From assembly GCA_022824725.1 (NCBI GenBank), contig JAJDZH010000383.1, forward strand, positions 2,563 to 66,562: a DNA stretch of 64,000 bases. The letters run 5' to 3'. Positions 42,931-51,293 of this stretch are shown piece by piece (within the stretch, counting starts at the first letter, position 1; each line of letters begins with the position of its first letter). The notes below the pieces were generated by a model, which had not been told where the DNA came from, did no database searches, and saw nothing but the letters and a program-made list of their open reading frames with translations. The position numbers and the translations under genes were made by a program. This DNA comes from Thermoanaerobaculia bacterium. Its GTDB lineage: Bacteria > Acidobacteriota > Thermoanaerobaculia > Multivoradales > Multivoraceae.

Positions 42931-43780
42931 CACGGCGAAACGCGTCGAGGTAGCGCTCCCTCGTCTCGTCGACGACTTCGGGGGTCAGTTCCGGCGGCGG
43001 AGAGGCCTTGTCCCAGCCGGTCCCCGCGACCCAGTCGCGGACCGGTTGCTTGTCGAAGGAGACGGGCTCGGTACCCGGACGCCACTGGGCGGCGTCCCAG
43101 TAGCGCGATGAATCCGGAGTCAGCACCTCGTCGATCAGGATCAGGCGGTCCTCGACCATGCCGAACTCGAACTTCGTGTCGGCGAGGATGAGGCCACGGC
43201 CCGCCGCGAGTTCCCGTCCCCGGTTGTAGAGCTCGAGCGTGATTCGCCGGAGGGTCGCCGCCATGCCGTCGCCGACGCCTTCGACCAGGGTGTCGTAGTC
43301 GATGTTCTCGTCGTGGCCTTCCTCGGCCTTCGTTGCCGGTGTGAAGATCGCTTCTTCCAGTTGCGCGGCCCGGGCCATCCCGGCCGGCAGGTCGTGGCCG
43401 CAGGCGCGGCCCGTCTCCTGATACTCCCGGAACGCGCTGCCGGCGAGGTAGCCCCTGGCTACGCATTCGTAAGGCACGACTTCCGCCTTTCTCACGAGCA
43501 CCGACCGGCCGTTCAGGTAGTTGGCGTGCGGCTGCAGGTCGGCGGGGAAGCGGCGAACGTCGGTCTCGACCAGGTGATTCGGGATGACGTCGCCGAGCCG
43601 GTCGAACCAGAAGTTCGTCAACTGGTTCAGCACCTTGCCCTTGTCCGGAATCTCGGGAGAGAGGACGAAGTCGTAGGCGGACACGCGGTCGCTGGCCACC
43701 AGCAGCAGCCGGTCGCCGAGATCGTAGATGTCGCGAACCTTGCCGCGGCGGGGCTCCGGAAGACCTTCGAGGACGTTCAT
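42905..43780 (-). CDS. purC: phosphoribosylaminoimidazole-succinocarboxamide (SAICAR) synthase
   Basis: GKVRDIYDLGDRLLLVASDRVSAYD and LILADTKFEFG motifs. The 3' end overlaps alr by 26 nt. Confidence 0.93.
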   Translation of the reverse strand: MNVLEGLPEPRRGKVRDIYDLGDRLLLVASDRVSAYDFVLSPEIPDKGKVLNQLTNFWFDRLGDVIPNHLVETDVRRFPADLQPHANYLNGRSVLVRKAEVVPYECVARGYLAGSAFREYQETGRACGHDLPAGMARAAQLEEAIFTPATKAEEGHDENIDYDTLVEGVGDGMAATLRRITLELYNRGRELAAGRGLILADTKFEFGMVEDRLILIDEVLTPDSSRYWDAAQWRPGTEPVSFDKQPVRDWVAGTGWDKASPPPELTPEVVDETRERYLDAFRRVTGRDPVL

Positions 43781-43797
43781 GGCGACGGGAATGTAGC

Positions 43798-45504
43798 ATG
43801 GCGCTCACTGGTAGAAGGAGTCCCCGGAACGATGCGCACGGGAGGGCGAAAGACAGCGACCGCAGCGTCGGTCGGAGCGCCTCCAGGGTGAAGTACGACG
43901 TCGCGACCTTCCGTGGCGATCTGTTCGGAGCGCTGACGGCCACGGTCGTTGCTCTCCCCGTTGCTCTGGCGCTCGGTGTCGCTTCCGGCATGGGCGCCGT
44001 CGCGGGCCTCCACGGCGCGATCGCGGTGGGCTTCTTCGCCGCCGTGTTCGGCGGCACGCGGTCCCAGATCTCGGGGCCCACGGCGCCGATGACGGTCGCC
44101 ATGACGGTCATCCTGACGACCCATGCTTCCAACCTCACCGAGGCGCTAACCGTCGTCGTTCTCGGCGGCCTCCTGCAGATGCTCCTCGGCCTGGCCCGGA
44201 TCGGCCGCTTCGTGGCGTACACGCCCTACGTCGTCGTCTCCGGATTCATGTCCGGAATCGGCGTCATCGTGATCCTGATCCAGGTCCTGCCGTTCCTCGG
44301 CGCCCCTCCCGCGGCTGGTGGAGCGCTGGGCGCCGTTCGCGCGATGCCGGAAGCCGCGGCGGGTGCGAACCTGAGCGCTGTCGCCATCGGCGCCGTAACC
44401 CTGGCGGCCGGCTTCCTTTGGCCCAGCCGGCTTTCGCGGTACTTCCCGGGGCCCCTGCTCGCCCTCGTTCTCGGTTCCGCCGTGGGCATCCTGTGGTTGA
44501 GCGGTGCTCCGGCCCTCGGTCCCGTCCCTGCGGGACTGCCGACGCTCAAGATCGGTCTGCCGAACGCGGGCTTCCTGCTGCAGGCGTTCCAGCCCGCCCT
44601 GATCCTCGCGCTGCTGGGATCGGTCGACAGCCTCCTGACATCGCTGGTGGCCGACTCGCTGACGGGCACGCGCCATAACCCGGACCGCGAGCTGGTCGGT
44701 CAGGGCGTCGGCAACATGATCTCCGGAGTGCTCGGCGGCCTGCCCGGCGCGGGCGCCACGATGGGAACGGTCGTGAACATCCGCGCCGGCGGCTCGACAC
44801 CCGTGTCCGGCGCTCTGCGTGCGCTCTTCCTCCTGCTCCTCGCTCTGGGCCTCGGGCCGCTGGTCGAACCGGTTCCCCACGCCGTTCTGGCGGCGATCAT
44901 GATGAAAGTGGGGTGGGACATCATCGACTGGCCGCTGCTCGCGCGCATTCACCGAATCCGCCGGGAGCATCTCTTCGTCATGCTGTTGACGTTGGGCCTG
45001 ACGGTGTTCGTCGACCTCGTCACGGCGGTCGCCGTGGGTCTGATCGCGGCGGGGATGGCGCACGCGCGGCGTCTGGAGGGGCTCGAGCTCGACAGTGTGA
45101 TCTCGGTCCCGCTCCTCGACCGGACGTTCGTCAGCGACGGGGAGGAACGAGCGAACGTCGACCCGTACTCGGCACGCGTCGGCCTGGTCGCGCTCAAGGG
45201 GACTCTCACCGTCGCCTCCGCCAGCAAGTTGACGACGGTCATCGGGGGAGACATCAAGGAACACGAGGTCGTCATCTTCGACTTCTCGGAGGCGGTCTAC
45301 CTGGACGACAGCGCGGCAATGGTGATCCAGCGCCTCCTGAACGTGGCCTCCGTCGAGCGAACGGACGTCGTTGTCTGCGGTCTCGCGGGATCCGTCGCGA
45401 AAACGCTTCGGACACTCGACATTCTTCGGGATCTCCTCCCGGAGCGGCAGGCCGGCACCCTCGAGGAAGCGCGTCGTATCGCTCTCGGGCTGGTCGATAG
45501 TTGA
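43798..45504 (+). CDS. SulP family inorganic anion transporter with C-terminal STAS domain
   Basis: GDLFGALTATVVALPVALALGVASG is a SulP N-terminus. Multiple TM segments and a STAS-like C-terminus. An alternative GTG start lies at 43888. Confidence 0.88.
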   Translation: MALTGRRSPRNDAHGRAKDSDRSVGRSASRVKYDVATFRGDLFGALTATVVALPVALALGVASGMGAVAGLHGAIAVGFFAAVFGGTRSQISGPTAPMTVAMTVILTTHASNLTEALTVVVLGGLLQMLLGLARIGRFVAYTPYVVVSGFMSGIGVIVILIQVLPFLGAPPAAGGALGAVRAMPEAAAGANLSAVAIGAVTLAAGFLWPSRLSRYFPGPLLALVLGSAVGILWLSGAPALGPVPAGLPTLKIGLPNAGFLLQAFQPALILALLGSVDSLLTSLVADSLTGTRHNPDRELVGQGVGNMISGVLGGLPGAGATMGTVVNIRAGGSTPVSGALRALFLLLLALGLGPLVEPVPHAVLAAIMMKVGWDIIDWPLLARIHRIRREHLFVMLLTLGLTVFVDLVTAVAVGLIAAGMAHARRLEGLELDSVISVPLLDRTFVSDGEERANVDPYSARVGLVALKGTLTVASASKLTTVIGGDIKEHEVVIFDFSEAVYLDDSAAMVIQRLLNVASVERTDVVVCGLAGSVAKTLRTLDILRDLLPERQAGTLEEARRIALGLVDS

Positions 45505-45711
45505 CGGTCGCCGGGTGCCCTCGGCGCGGTCTCCCCGGGCCTCGCCCCGCCATCGCTTAGGCTTGCCCGCCCGGCGCGCCAGACCGGCGCTTCGGCAGGA
45601 TCCGGCGTAGGGTTGTTGAAACAACCTCGCGCCTTTCGCGTCAAAGAGGAAAGACACGACGCGCCGTGCCCGTTACGGTCAGGGCGCCGCCGAAGGAAGG
45701 AACACAGCCCG

Positions 45712-47406
45712 ATGAACCTGTTCCCAAAGCAGAGCGTCCGCAAGTCCGCGCCGATCCTCGCTCTCTGCACCGTCCTCGTCCCGGCCGCCGTCTGGGGCCC
45801 TCCGGCAGCGGGGCAGGCGCAGGTCGGTTCGACCTGGATCACCGAGCCGATCCCACCGGATCTGGACATCGCCGACGGGCAGCTCCGGCTGGAACTGGAC
45901 CGGGCGATCACGATCGCCCTGCAGAACAACCTCGGACTGCTGGTCCAGCGCTACCAGCGCTCCCAGTCGCTGTTCCAGATCAACCAGGCCTACGGCATCT
46001 ACGACACCGTGCTCGGGGTCAACACCAACGTCAACAGCGACAGCCGGCCCTCGGCCTCGCAGCTCGACGGCGCCCTGGTCACCGAGAACGAGACGATCAC
46101 CGCGAACGTCGAACTCCAGCAGCCGGTTTCGTCGGGCGGTACCTTCTCCATCAACTGGCAGAACAGCCGGTCTTCGTCCAACTCCCGGTTCTCGGACATC
46201 AACCCGAGCCTGCGGTCCAGTCTGCAGTTGGCGTTCGACCAGCCGCTGCTGCGGAACCGGGGCAAGCGGATCACCGAGCGGAACCTGGCGGTCGCCCGGC
46301 TGAACAGCGACATCAGCATGGGAGATCTCGCGGTCCAGGTGATCGATACGGTGCAGACCGTGGCCAACGGCTACTGGGCGCTGGTAGAGGGCCTGGAACA
46401 GCTCAAGGTAGCGGAGGAGAGTCTGGCGCTGGCCCGCGAGCTGCACGAGATGAACCGCATCCAGATCGAAGTGGGGACGTTGGCGCCGCTCGAACTCGTT
46501 CAGAGCGAGGCCGGGATCGCGACCCGCGAGGAGGAGATCATTCGGGTCCAGGCGCTGATCGAGGACGCGGCCGACGAGCTGCGGCGTCTGCTGAACCTGG
46601 ACGAGCGGTCTTTCTGGGACCTGGAGATCGTTCCGACGACCTCGCCCGAGATCTCGCGGATCGCGATCGACCTGGAAGCGTCGCTGAGTTCGGCGCTCAA
46701 CAAACGAGTCGAGATAGATCGCCAGGAACTCCAGATCGAAACGCTGGAGATCGACTCCACTTTTCTCCGCAACCAGCGGAGGCCCGACCTGAACCTGAGC
46801 GTGAGCTACGGCCGGAACGCCCTCGGTGGCGATCGGACCCTCTGCGAGCGGCCTGGTCCGCCCAGCATCGCGGATCTCTTCCAACCCTGTCCGGAGGAGT
46901 ACATTCGCGTCGATTCCCTCGACTTCCTGTCGACGCTCGGTCAGTTCTACGAGGGGATTCTGGGGCAGGTCTTCGAGGGCTGGACCGTGGGTCTGAACCT
47001 GTCGAAGCCGCTCCAGAACCGCGCGGCGAGGGCGCAGAGCCGGATCGCCGACCTGTCGCTCGACCAGGGACGGCTGGAGCTGCAGGACCTGATGCTGACG
47101 ATCCGCACGGAAGTGCGGACGGCCGCGCGGGGCGTGGAGACCGCGGGCAAGCAGATCGACTCGGCCCGGGTGTCGCGGGAACTGGCGGAGAAGAACCTCG
47201 ACGCCGCCCAGAAGCGCTACGAGAACGGTCTGTGGACCAGTTTCCAGGTCCTCGAGATCCAGGAGGATCTGACCGCGGCACGCAGCCGCGAAGTCGAGGC
47301 CGTCACGGGCTACCGCCGTGCTCTACTGGCCTACTTCCGCGCGATCGGCGTCCTGCTGGAGCAGGAAGGCATCGAACTCGTCGACGACGCCGATTCCGAC
47401 AGCTAA
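45712..47406 (+). CDS. TolC family outer-membrane efflux protein
   Basis: The ATG at 45712 follows GAAGGAAGG. Signal peptide, and two repeated coiled-coil/beta modules typical of OEP/TolC (LDRAITIALQNN, LDAAQKRYENGL). The track ORF 45613.. is an upstream extension. Confidence 0.85.
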   Translation: MNLFPKQSVRKSAPILALCTVLVPAAVWGPPAAGQAQVGSTWITEPIPPDLDIADGQLRLELDRAITIALQNNLGLLVQRYQRSQSLFQINQAYGIYDTVLGVNTNVNSDSRPSASQLDGALVTENETITANVELQQPVSSGGTFSINWQNSRSSSNSRFSDINPSLRSSLQLAFDQPLLRNRGKRITERNLAVARLNSDISMGDLAVQVIDTVQTVANGYWALVEGLEQLKVAEESLALARELHEMNRIQIEVGTLAPLELVQSEAGIATREEEIIRVQALIEDAADELRRLLNLDERSFWDLEIVPTTSPEISRIAIDLEASLSSALNKRVEIDRQELQIETLEIDSTFLRNQRRPDLNLSVSYGRNALGGDRTLCERPGPPSIADLFQPCPEEYIRVDSLDFLSTLGQFYEGILGQVFEGWTVGLNLSKPLQNRAARAQSRIADLSLDQGRLELQDLMLTIRTEVRTAARGVETAGKQIDSARVSRELAEKNLDAAQKRYENGLWTSFQVLEIQEDLTAARSREVEAVTGYRRALLAYFRAIGVLLEQEGIELVDDADSDS

Positions 47407-47420
47407 TCGAAGGACAATGG

Positions 47421-47485
47421 TGGTGCCGGAGGTGGGAGTCGAACCCACACGCCCGTAGAGGGCGCAGGGGTTACTGGAGTCCCCG
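47421..47485 (-). pseudogene. tRNA-Leu 3'-half fragment (no acceptor 5' strand or D arm)
   Basis: 47421-47455 is identical to 47514-47548 (TGGTGCCGGAGGTGGGAGTCGAACCCACACGCCCG), which covers CCA, the acceptor 3' strand, the T arm and the start of the variable arm. Beyond that only degenerate similarity remains, and GCCGGAG is absent. Confidence 0.75.
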
Positions 47486-47513
47486 CAGGGGACGCGTTGT
47501 GTCTCAGGTCAAG

Positions 47514-47600
47514 TGGTGCCGGAGGTGGGAGTCGAACCCACACGCCCGAGAAGGGCGGGGGATTTTGAGTCCCCTGCGTCTGCCATTCCGCCACTCCGGC
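47514..47600 (-). tRNA. tRNA-Leu (anticodon CAA), long variable arm, CCA encoded
   Basis: The reverse complement reads GCCGGAGTGGCGGAATGGCAGACGCAGGGGACTCAAAATCCCC...GTGGGTTCGACTCCCACCTCCGGCACCA. The anticodon loop is CTCAAAA. Confidence 0.92.
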
Positions 47601-47751
47601 ACGAAACTGGGCGAGCAGAGCGCTCGCGCGGAGAAGGTGACGGACAGTAGCAGGACCGCTGCCCCAGTTCCAGCTTGAAACCGCCAAACCCAGCGGTGTC
47701 AGTGACTTAGAGCCAGCCGCCCGGCGCTGGCGCAAACGGGGCGTGAACAAC

Positions 47752-47780
47752 TTGACGACAGGACCCTCGGCGGCTACAAT
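47752..47780 (+). promoter_or_regulatory. near-consensus sigma-70 promoter upstream of carD
   Basis: TTGACG (47752-47757), a 17-nt spacer, then TACAAT (47775-47780). It sits in a GC-rich genome and implies a leader of roughly 140 nt before the GTG at 47924. Confidence 0.6.
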
Positions 47781-47923
47781 CAGCGACCGTTAACTGCGTG
47801 ATTTTCTGTAACTTAGGCACACAGGGCCAGACAAGCAACTCGCGGCCGATCCCGGAACTGAAGGCAGCGTTCCGGCGATCCTGCCGAAGTGTGCACCTGC
47901 CACCAGTTTGAAGGGAGATCAGA

Positions 47924-48439
47924 GTGTTCCGAGTCGGTGAGAAGGTCGTGTACCCAAACCACGGCGTCAGTGTAGTAGAGCGAATTGCGGTGAGCGCACC
48001 GGATGGCGGCGAGAAGCAGACCTACTACGACCTCCGCCTGCTGGCGAACGACTCCAAAGTGATGGTTCCCGAAGAGAACCTGGACCGCGTCGGCCTGCGA
48101 CGCCTGGCCAAGGAGCGGGAGATCAAGGACCTCCTCGCCCTGATCGAGGACGGCAACATCGACGTCTACAAGGACTGGAAGGGGCGCTACAAGCAGAACC
48201 TGGACAAGATGCGGACCGGTGAGCTGACCGATGCTGCCGAGGTCCTCAAGAACCTCCGTCTGGTGAGTCAGAAGAAGAGCCTCTCGTTCCGCGAAAAGAA
48301 GATGTACGAGAAGGCCAGGTACTTCATCGTGAGTGAAGTGCTTCACGTCCGTGGGATCAGCGAAGAGAGCGCCGAGGAGCTGGTTGAGAAGGCGCTTGTC
48401 ACCAGCCTGGACAAGATCTCCAAGGCCAAGGCGAGTTGA
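47924..48439 (+). CDS. carD: CarD/CdnL family RNA polymerase-binding transcription factor
   Basis: FRVGEKVVYPNHGVSVVERI.......YYDLRL.......MVP..N is the CarD_CdnL_TRCF N-domain. SD GGGAG lies before the GTG. Confidence 0.9.
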   Translation: MFRVGEKVVYPNHGVSVVERIAVSAPDGGEKQTYYDLRLLANDSKVMVPEENLDRVGLRRLAKEREIKDLLALIEDGNIDVYKDWKGRYKQNLDKMRTGELTDAAEVLKNLRLVSQKKSLSFREKKMYEKARYFIVSEVLHVRGISEESAEELVEKALVTSLDKISKAKAS

Positions 48440-48541
48440 GCCCGCACGGCCGCCGCAGTCCCGGCTCCTGACACCCGACCAGGGCAGGTTCGATCAGAAG
48501 CCGGGCGTTCAACCCGAAGACCTCAACGGGTTCGCGAGACG

Positions 48542-48865
48542 GTGACAAGGCTCCTCGTCATACTGATCGCCATCCTGCTGGCATGGGTGTGGATTGCGCG
48601 GATGATCCGCGGAGTGCTGCGGTCGCCCCGAGCCGCGGAAGCACGTTCCCTGCTGAGGTTGCTGCAAGTCCTCCGCCGTACGGCAGACGGCAATCCTTCC
48701 GCCCGAAGAGGACCCCCGCACAGCCGCGCCGCGCCGACGTCAGGCGGCGGCCGACCGAAGGCACTTCTCCGGTGCCGGCGCTGCGGAGTCCATGTGCCCG
48801 AGGCCCAGTTGACGGCCGGCGTGTGTGGAAACTGCCTGAATGAGGACCGAACCGCCCACGATTGA
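48542..48865 (+). CDS. small membrane protein with C-terminal CxxC...CxxC zinc-ribbon (PP0621-like, tentative)
   Basis: N-terminal TM segment (LLVILIAILLAWVWIA), a basic linker, and RCRRCGVHVP....GVCGNC at the C-terminus. It overlaps the priA start by 26 nt. Confidence 0.55.
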   Translation: MTRLLVILIAILLAWVWIARMIRGVLRSPRAAEARSLLRLLQVLRRTADGNPSARRGPPHSRAAPTSGGGRPKALLRCRRCGVHVPEAQLTAGVCGNCLNEDRTAHD

Positions 48866-51293
48866 GGCGGCCGAGTACGCTGCCGTCGCGGTTCCGCTGC
48901 CGCTGCCCGAACCCCTGACCTACCGGGTGCCGCGGCAGTGGCGTGGGCTCGCCCGGGTTGGAGTGCGCGTCCGGGTACCTGTCGGGAGGCGTCGCCTGGT
49001 CGGCTGGATCGTCGATCTGCCGTCGGCGCCGCCCGCCGGTCTGGCCAGTGAATTGCGGTCGATCGAGTCGGTGATCGACTTCGAGCCGTTGCTGCCCGAC
49101 GACCTGATGAAGCTCGCCGACTTCACGGCGTCCTACTACGCGGCGCCGGTCGGCGAGGTACTGAAGACCCTGCTGCCGGGAGCGCTTCCTGCCTGGGGGG
49201 ATCGCCGCGTGGAACTCACGAACCGCGGAGCGCTGGCCGATTGCCACGATCCGGCGGATCGGGCGTTCCAGCGGTTCCTGCTGGAGCGGGGCCGCGTCGC
49301 CCTGACCGAAGTCTGGGCCGAACTCGGCGATACCACGTTGCCGGACCGGATCGATCACTGGCGCGAAGGCCGACGTCTCCGCATTCACGAGCCCGGCGGA
49401 CGGAGCGCCCGCTACCGCCAGGCGGTCGAACTGCCTCCCGGAGACCGCAAGAGCCAACTCGACCGTTGCGGCCGCTCGCCGGCCGGCAGGGCGGTCGTCG
49501 AGTACCTGGCAGCTCTCGGCCGGCCGGCCACCATTCGGGAAGTGCGCGACGGAGTCGGTTGTTCGGCGGCGGTCGTGCGCCGGTTGGTGACGCTCGGCGT
49601 TCTGCGTTCCTTCACCCAGATCGAGGCGATCGACCTGGCTCGCCACCGCCTCCAGCGGGACGCCGCGCCGGCGCCTTTCGCGCTACGGCCCGATCAGGCG
49701 GCGGCCGCGCGGGAACTCGTGGAGCAGGTCCGCAGCGGTCGCTTCCGGGCCAGCTTCCTGGGTGGCATGACGGGTTCGGGAAAGACGGAGGTGTACCTGA
49801 GGGCGGCCGCCGCGGCCCTCGAGGAGAGCCGGTCCGTCGTCATCCTCGTGCCTGAGATCGCTCTGGTCCCGGCCCTGGCGCGCGCCCTCCAGGAACGCTT
49901 CCGCGACCGGGTCGCCATGCTGCATTCGAACCTTGGCAGCGCTGAACGACGCCAGGAGTGGGAGCGGATCCGCGACGGCGAGGCTCGAGTTGTCATCGGC
50001 CCGCGTTCCGCGGTCTTTGCTCCCGCCCGAAACCTGGGCCTGATCGTCGTCGACGAGGAACAGGACGGCGCCTACAAGCAGGACACGCGTCCACGGTACA
50101 GCGGCCGGGACCTGGCCCTGGTGCGAGCCAGGACCTCGGCGGCGACAGCTCTCCTGGTTTCCGCGACGCCGAGTCTCGAGACCCGCCTGAACGTCGAGCG
50201 GGGTCGGTATCGGGAACTCCGCCTGACCGCCCGGGTCGGCTTCGGGGCGCTTCCGGAGGCGATTCTCGTCGACCTCCGCAAGGAACCCGGAGATCGGCCC
50301 CGACGGCCCGGTGACGTCACGTTCTCGCGGCTGCTGGTCCAGGAGATGGAGAACAGCCTGCAGTGCGGTGAACAGGTGATCCTGCTGCGCAACCGCCGTG
50401 GCTACTCGCCGCAACTGCTGTGCCGCGCCTGCGGCGAGAACATGCCGTGTGAGGACTGCGGCCTGCCGAAGAGCTACCACCGCCGCGAAGGACGGCTGGT
50501 CTGTCACTACTGCGGCGGCCACGTTCCGGTTCCGCGCGTCTGCCCCGAGTGTGGAGAGGATGCGCTGCAACCGATCGGGGCTGGCACGGAGCGGGTGGAG
50601 GAGGAGGTCCGGAAGCGCTTCCCGGAGGCTACCGTGGACGTGCTGGACCGCGACACGACACGTCGCGTCGGAGGCGCCGCCGCGGTACTCGAACGGTTTC
50701 GCACCGGGAAGACCGACATCCTGATCGGCACCCAGATGATCTCCAAGGGACACCACTTCCCGAACGTCGCTCTCGCGGCCGTGCTGGCCGCCGACTCCTA
50801 CCTCGGGTTCCCGGATTTCCGCGCGGCCGAACGGAGCTACGCCCTCCTGACGCAGCTTGCCGGCCGCGCCGGCCGAGGCGAGCGCGCCGGCCGCTTCGTG
50901 ATTCAGACATACCATCCGGACCACTACGCGATTCAGGCCGTTCTGAACCAGGACGACGAGGCCTTCGCCCGCCACGAGATGCGCTTCCGCCGGATCTTCC
51001 ACTACCCGCCGTTCACCCGCATGGTTCAGCTCGTCGTGCGCGACCGGAACCGTGACCGGGGCCGTTCCCGGATCGAGGAGTTGGCGGCCGCCGCCCGCAG
51101 CCACGAACTCGCCGCGCGGGTCCGCTTCTCAGGGCCCGCGCCGGCGCCCCTGGAGCGCCTCAAGGGGCAGTGGCGCTTCCAGTTCCTGATGCGCTCGGTA
51201 GACGGAGGGGAGCTGAGGAGTCTGGCGAGGGCCGTCGCGCCCGCGCCGGCGGCCGACCTCACGGTAGACGTCGACCCTCAGGACCTGATGTGA
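48840..51293 (+). CDS. priA: primosomal protein N' (replication restart helicase PriA)
   Basis: Walker A GMTGSGKTEVYL, DEEQD, a Cys-rich zinc-binding insert (CRACG...CEDCG...CHYCG...CPECG), and TQMISKGHHFP. Confidence 0.93.
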   Translation: MRTEPPTIEAAEYAAVAVPLPLPEPLTYRVPRQWRGLARVGVRVRVPVGRRRLVGWIVDLPSAPPAGLASELRSIESVIDFEPLLPDDLMKLADFTASYYAAPVGEVLKTLLPGALPAWGDRRVELTNRGALADCHDPADRAFQRFLLERGRVALTEVWAELGDTTLPDRIDHWREGRRLRIHEPGGRSARYRQAVELPPGDRKSQLDRCGRSPAGRAVVEYLAALGRPATIREVRDGVGCSAAVVRRLVTLGVLRSFTQIEAIDLARHRLQRDAAPAPFALRPDQAAAARELVEQVRSGRFRASFLGGMTGSGKTEVYLRAAAAALEESRSVVILVPEIALVPALARALQERFRDRVAMLHSNLGSAERRQEWERIRDGEARVVIGPRSAVFAPARNLGLIVVDEEQDGAYKQDTRPRYSGRDLALVRARTSAATALLVSATPSLETRLNVERGRYRELRLTARVGFGALPEAILVDLRKEPGDRPRRPGDVTFSRLLVQEMENSLQCGEQVILLRNRRGYSPQLLCRACGENMPCEDCGLPKSYHRREGRLVCHYCGGHVPVPRVCPECGEDALQPIGAGTERVEEEVRKRFPEATVDVLDRDTTRRVGGAAAVLERFRTGKTDILIGTQMISKGHHFPNVALAAVLAADSYLGFPDFRAAERSYALLTQLAGRAGRGERAGRFVIQTYHPDHYAIQAVLNQDDEAFARHEMRFRRIFHYPPFTRMVQLVVRDRNRDRGRSRIEELAAAARSHELAARVRFSGPAPAPLERLKGQWRFQFLMRSVDGGELRSLARAVAPAPAADLTVDVDPQDLM

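Noticed and set aside
47421-47548. Two identical 35-bp direct repeats, considered as a minimal CRISPR-like array.
   Set aside because: There are only two copies. The repeat is the 3' end of tRNA-Leu. There are no cas genes and no further regularly spaced copies anywhere in the window.
45666-47678. A 670-aa alternative-frame ORF over the TolC-like gene that extends through the tRNA-Leu genes.
   Set aside because: It is extremely R/G/P-rich and overlaps two tRNA sequences. The frame starting at 45712 gives a normal TolC-like protein with a signal peptide.
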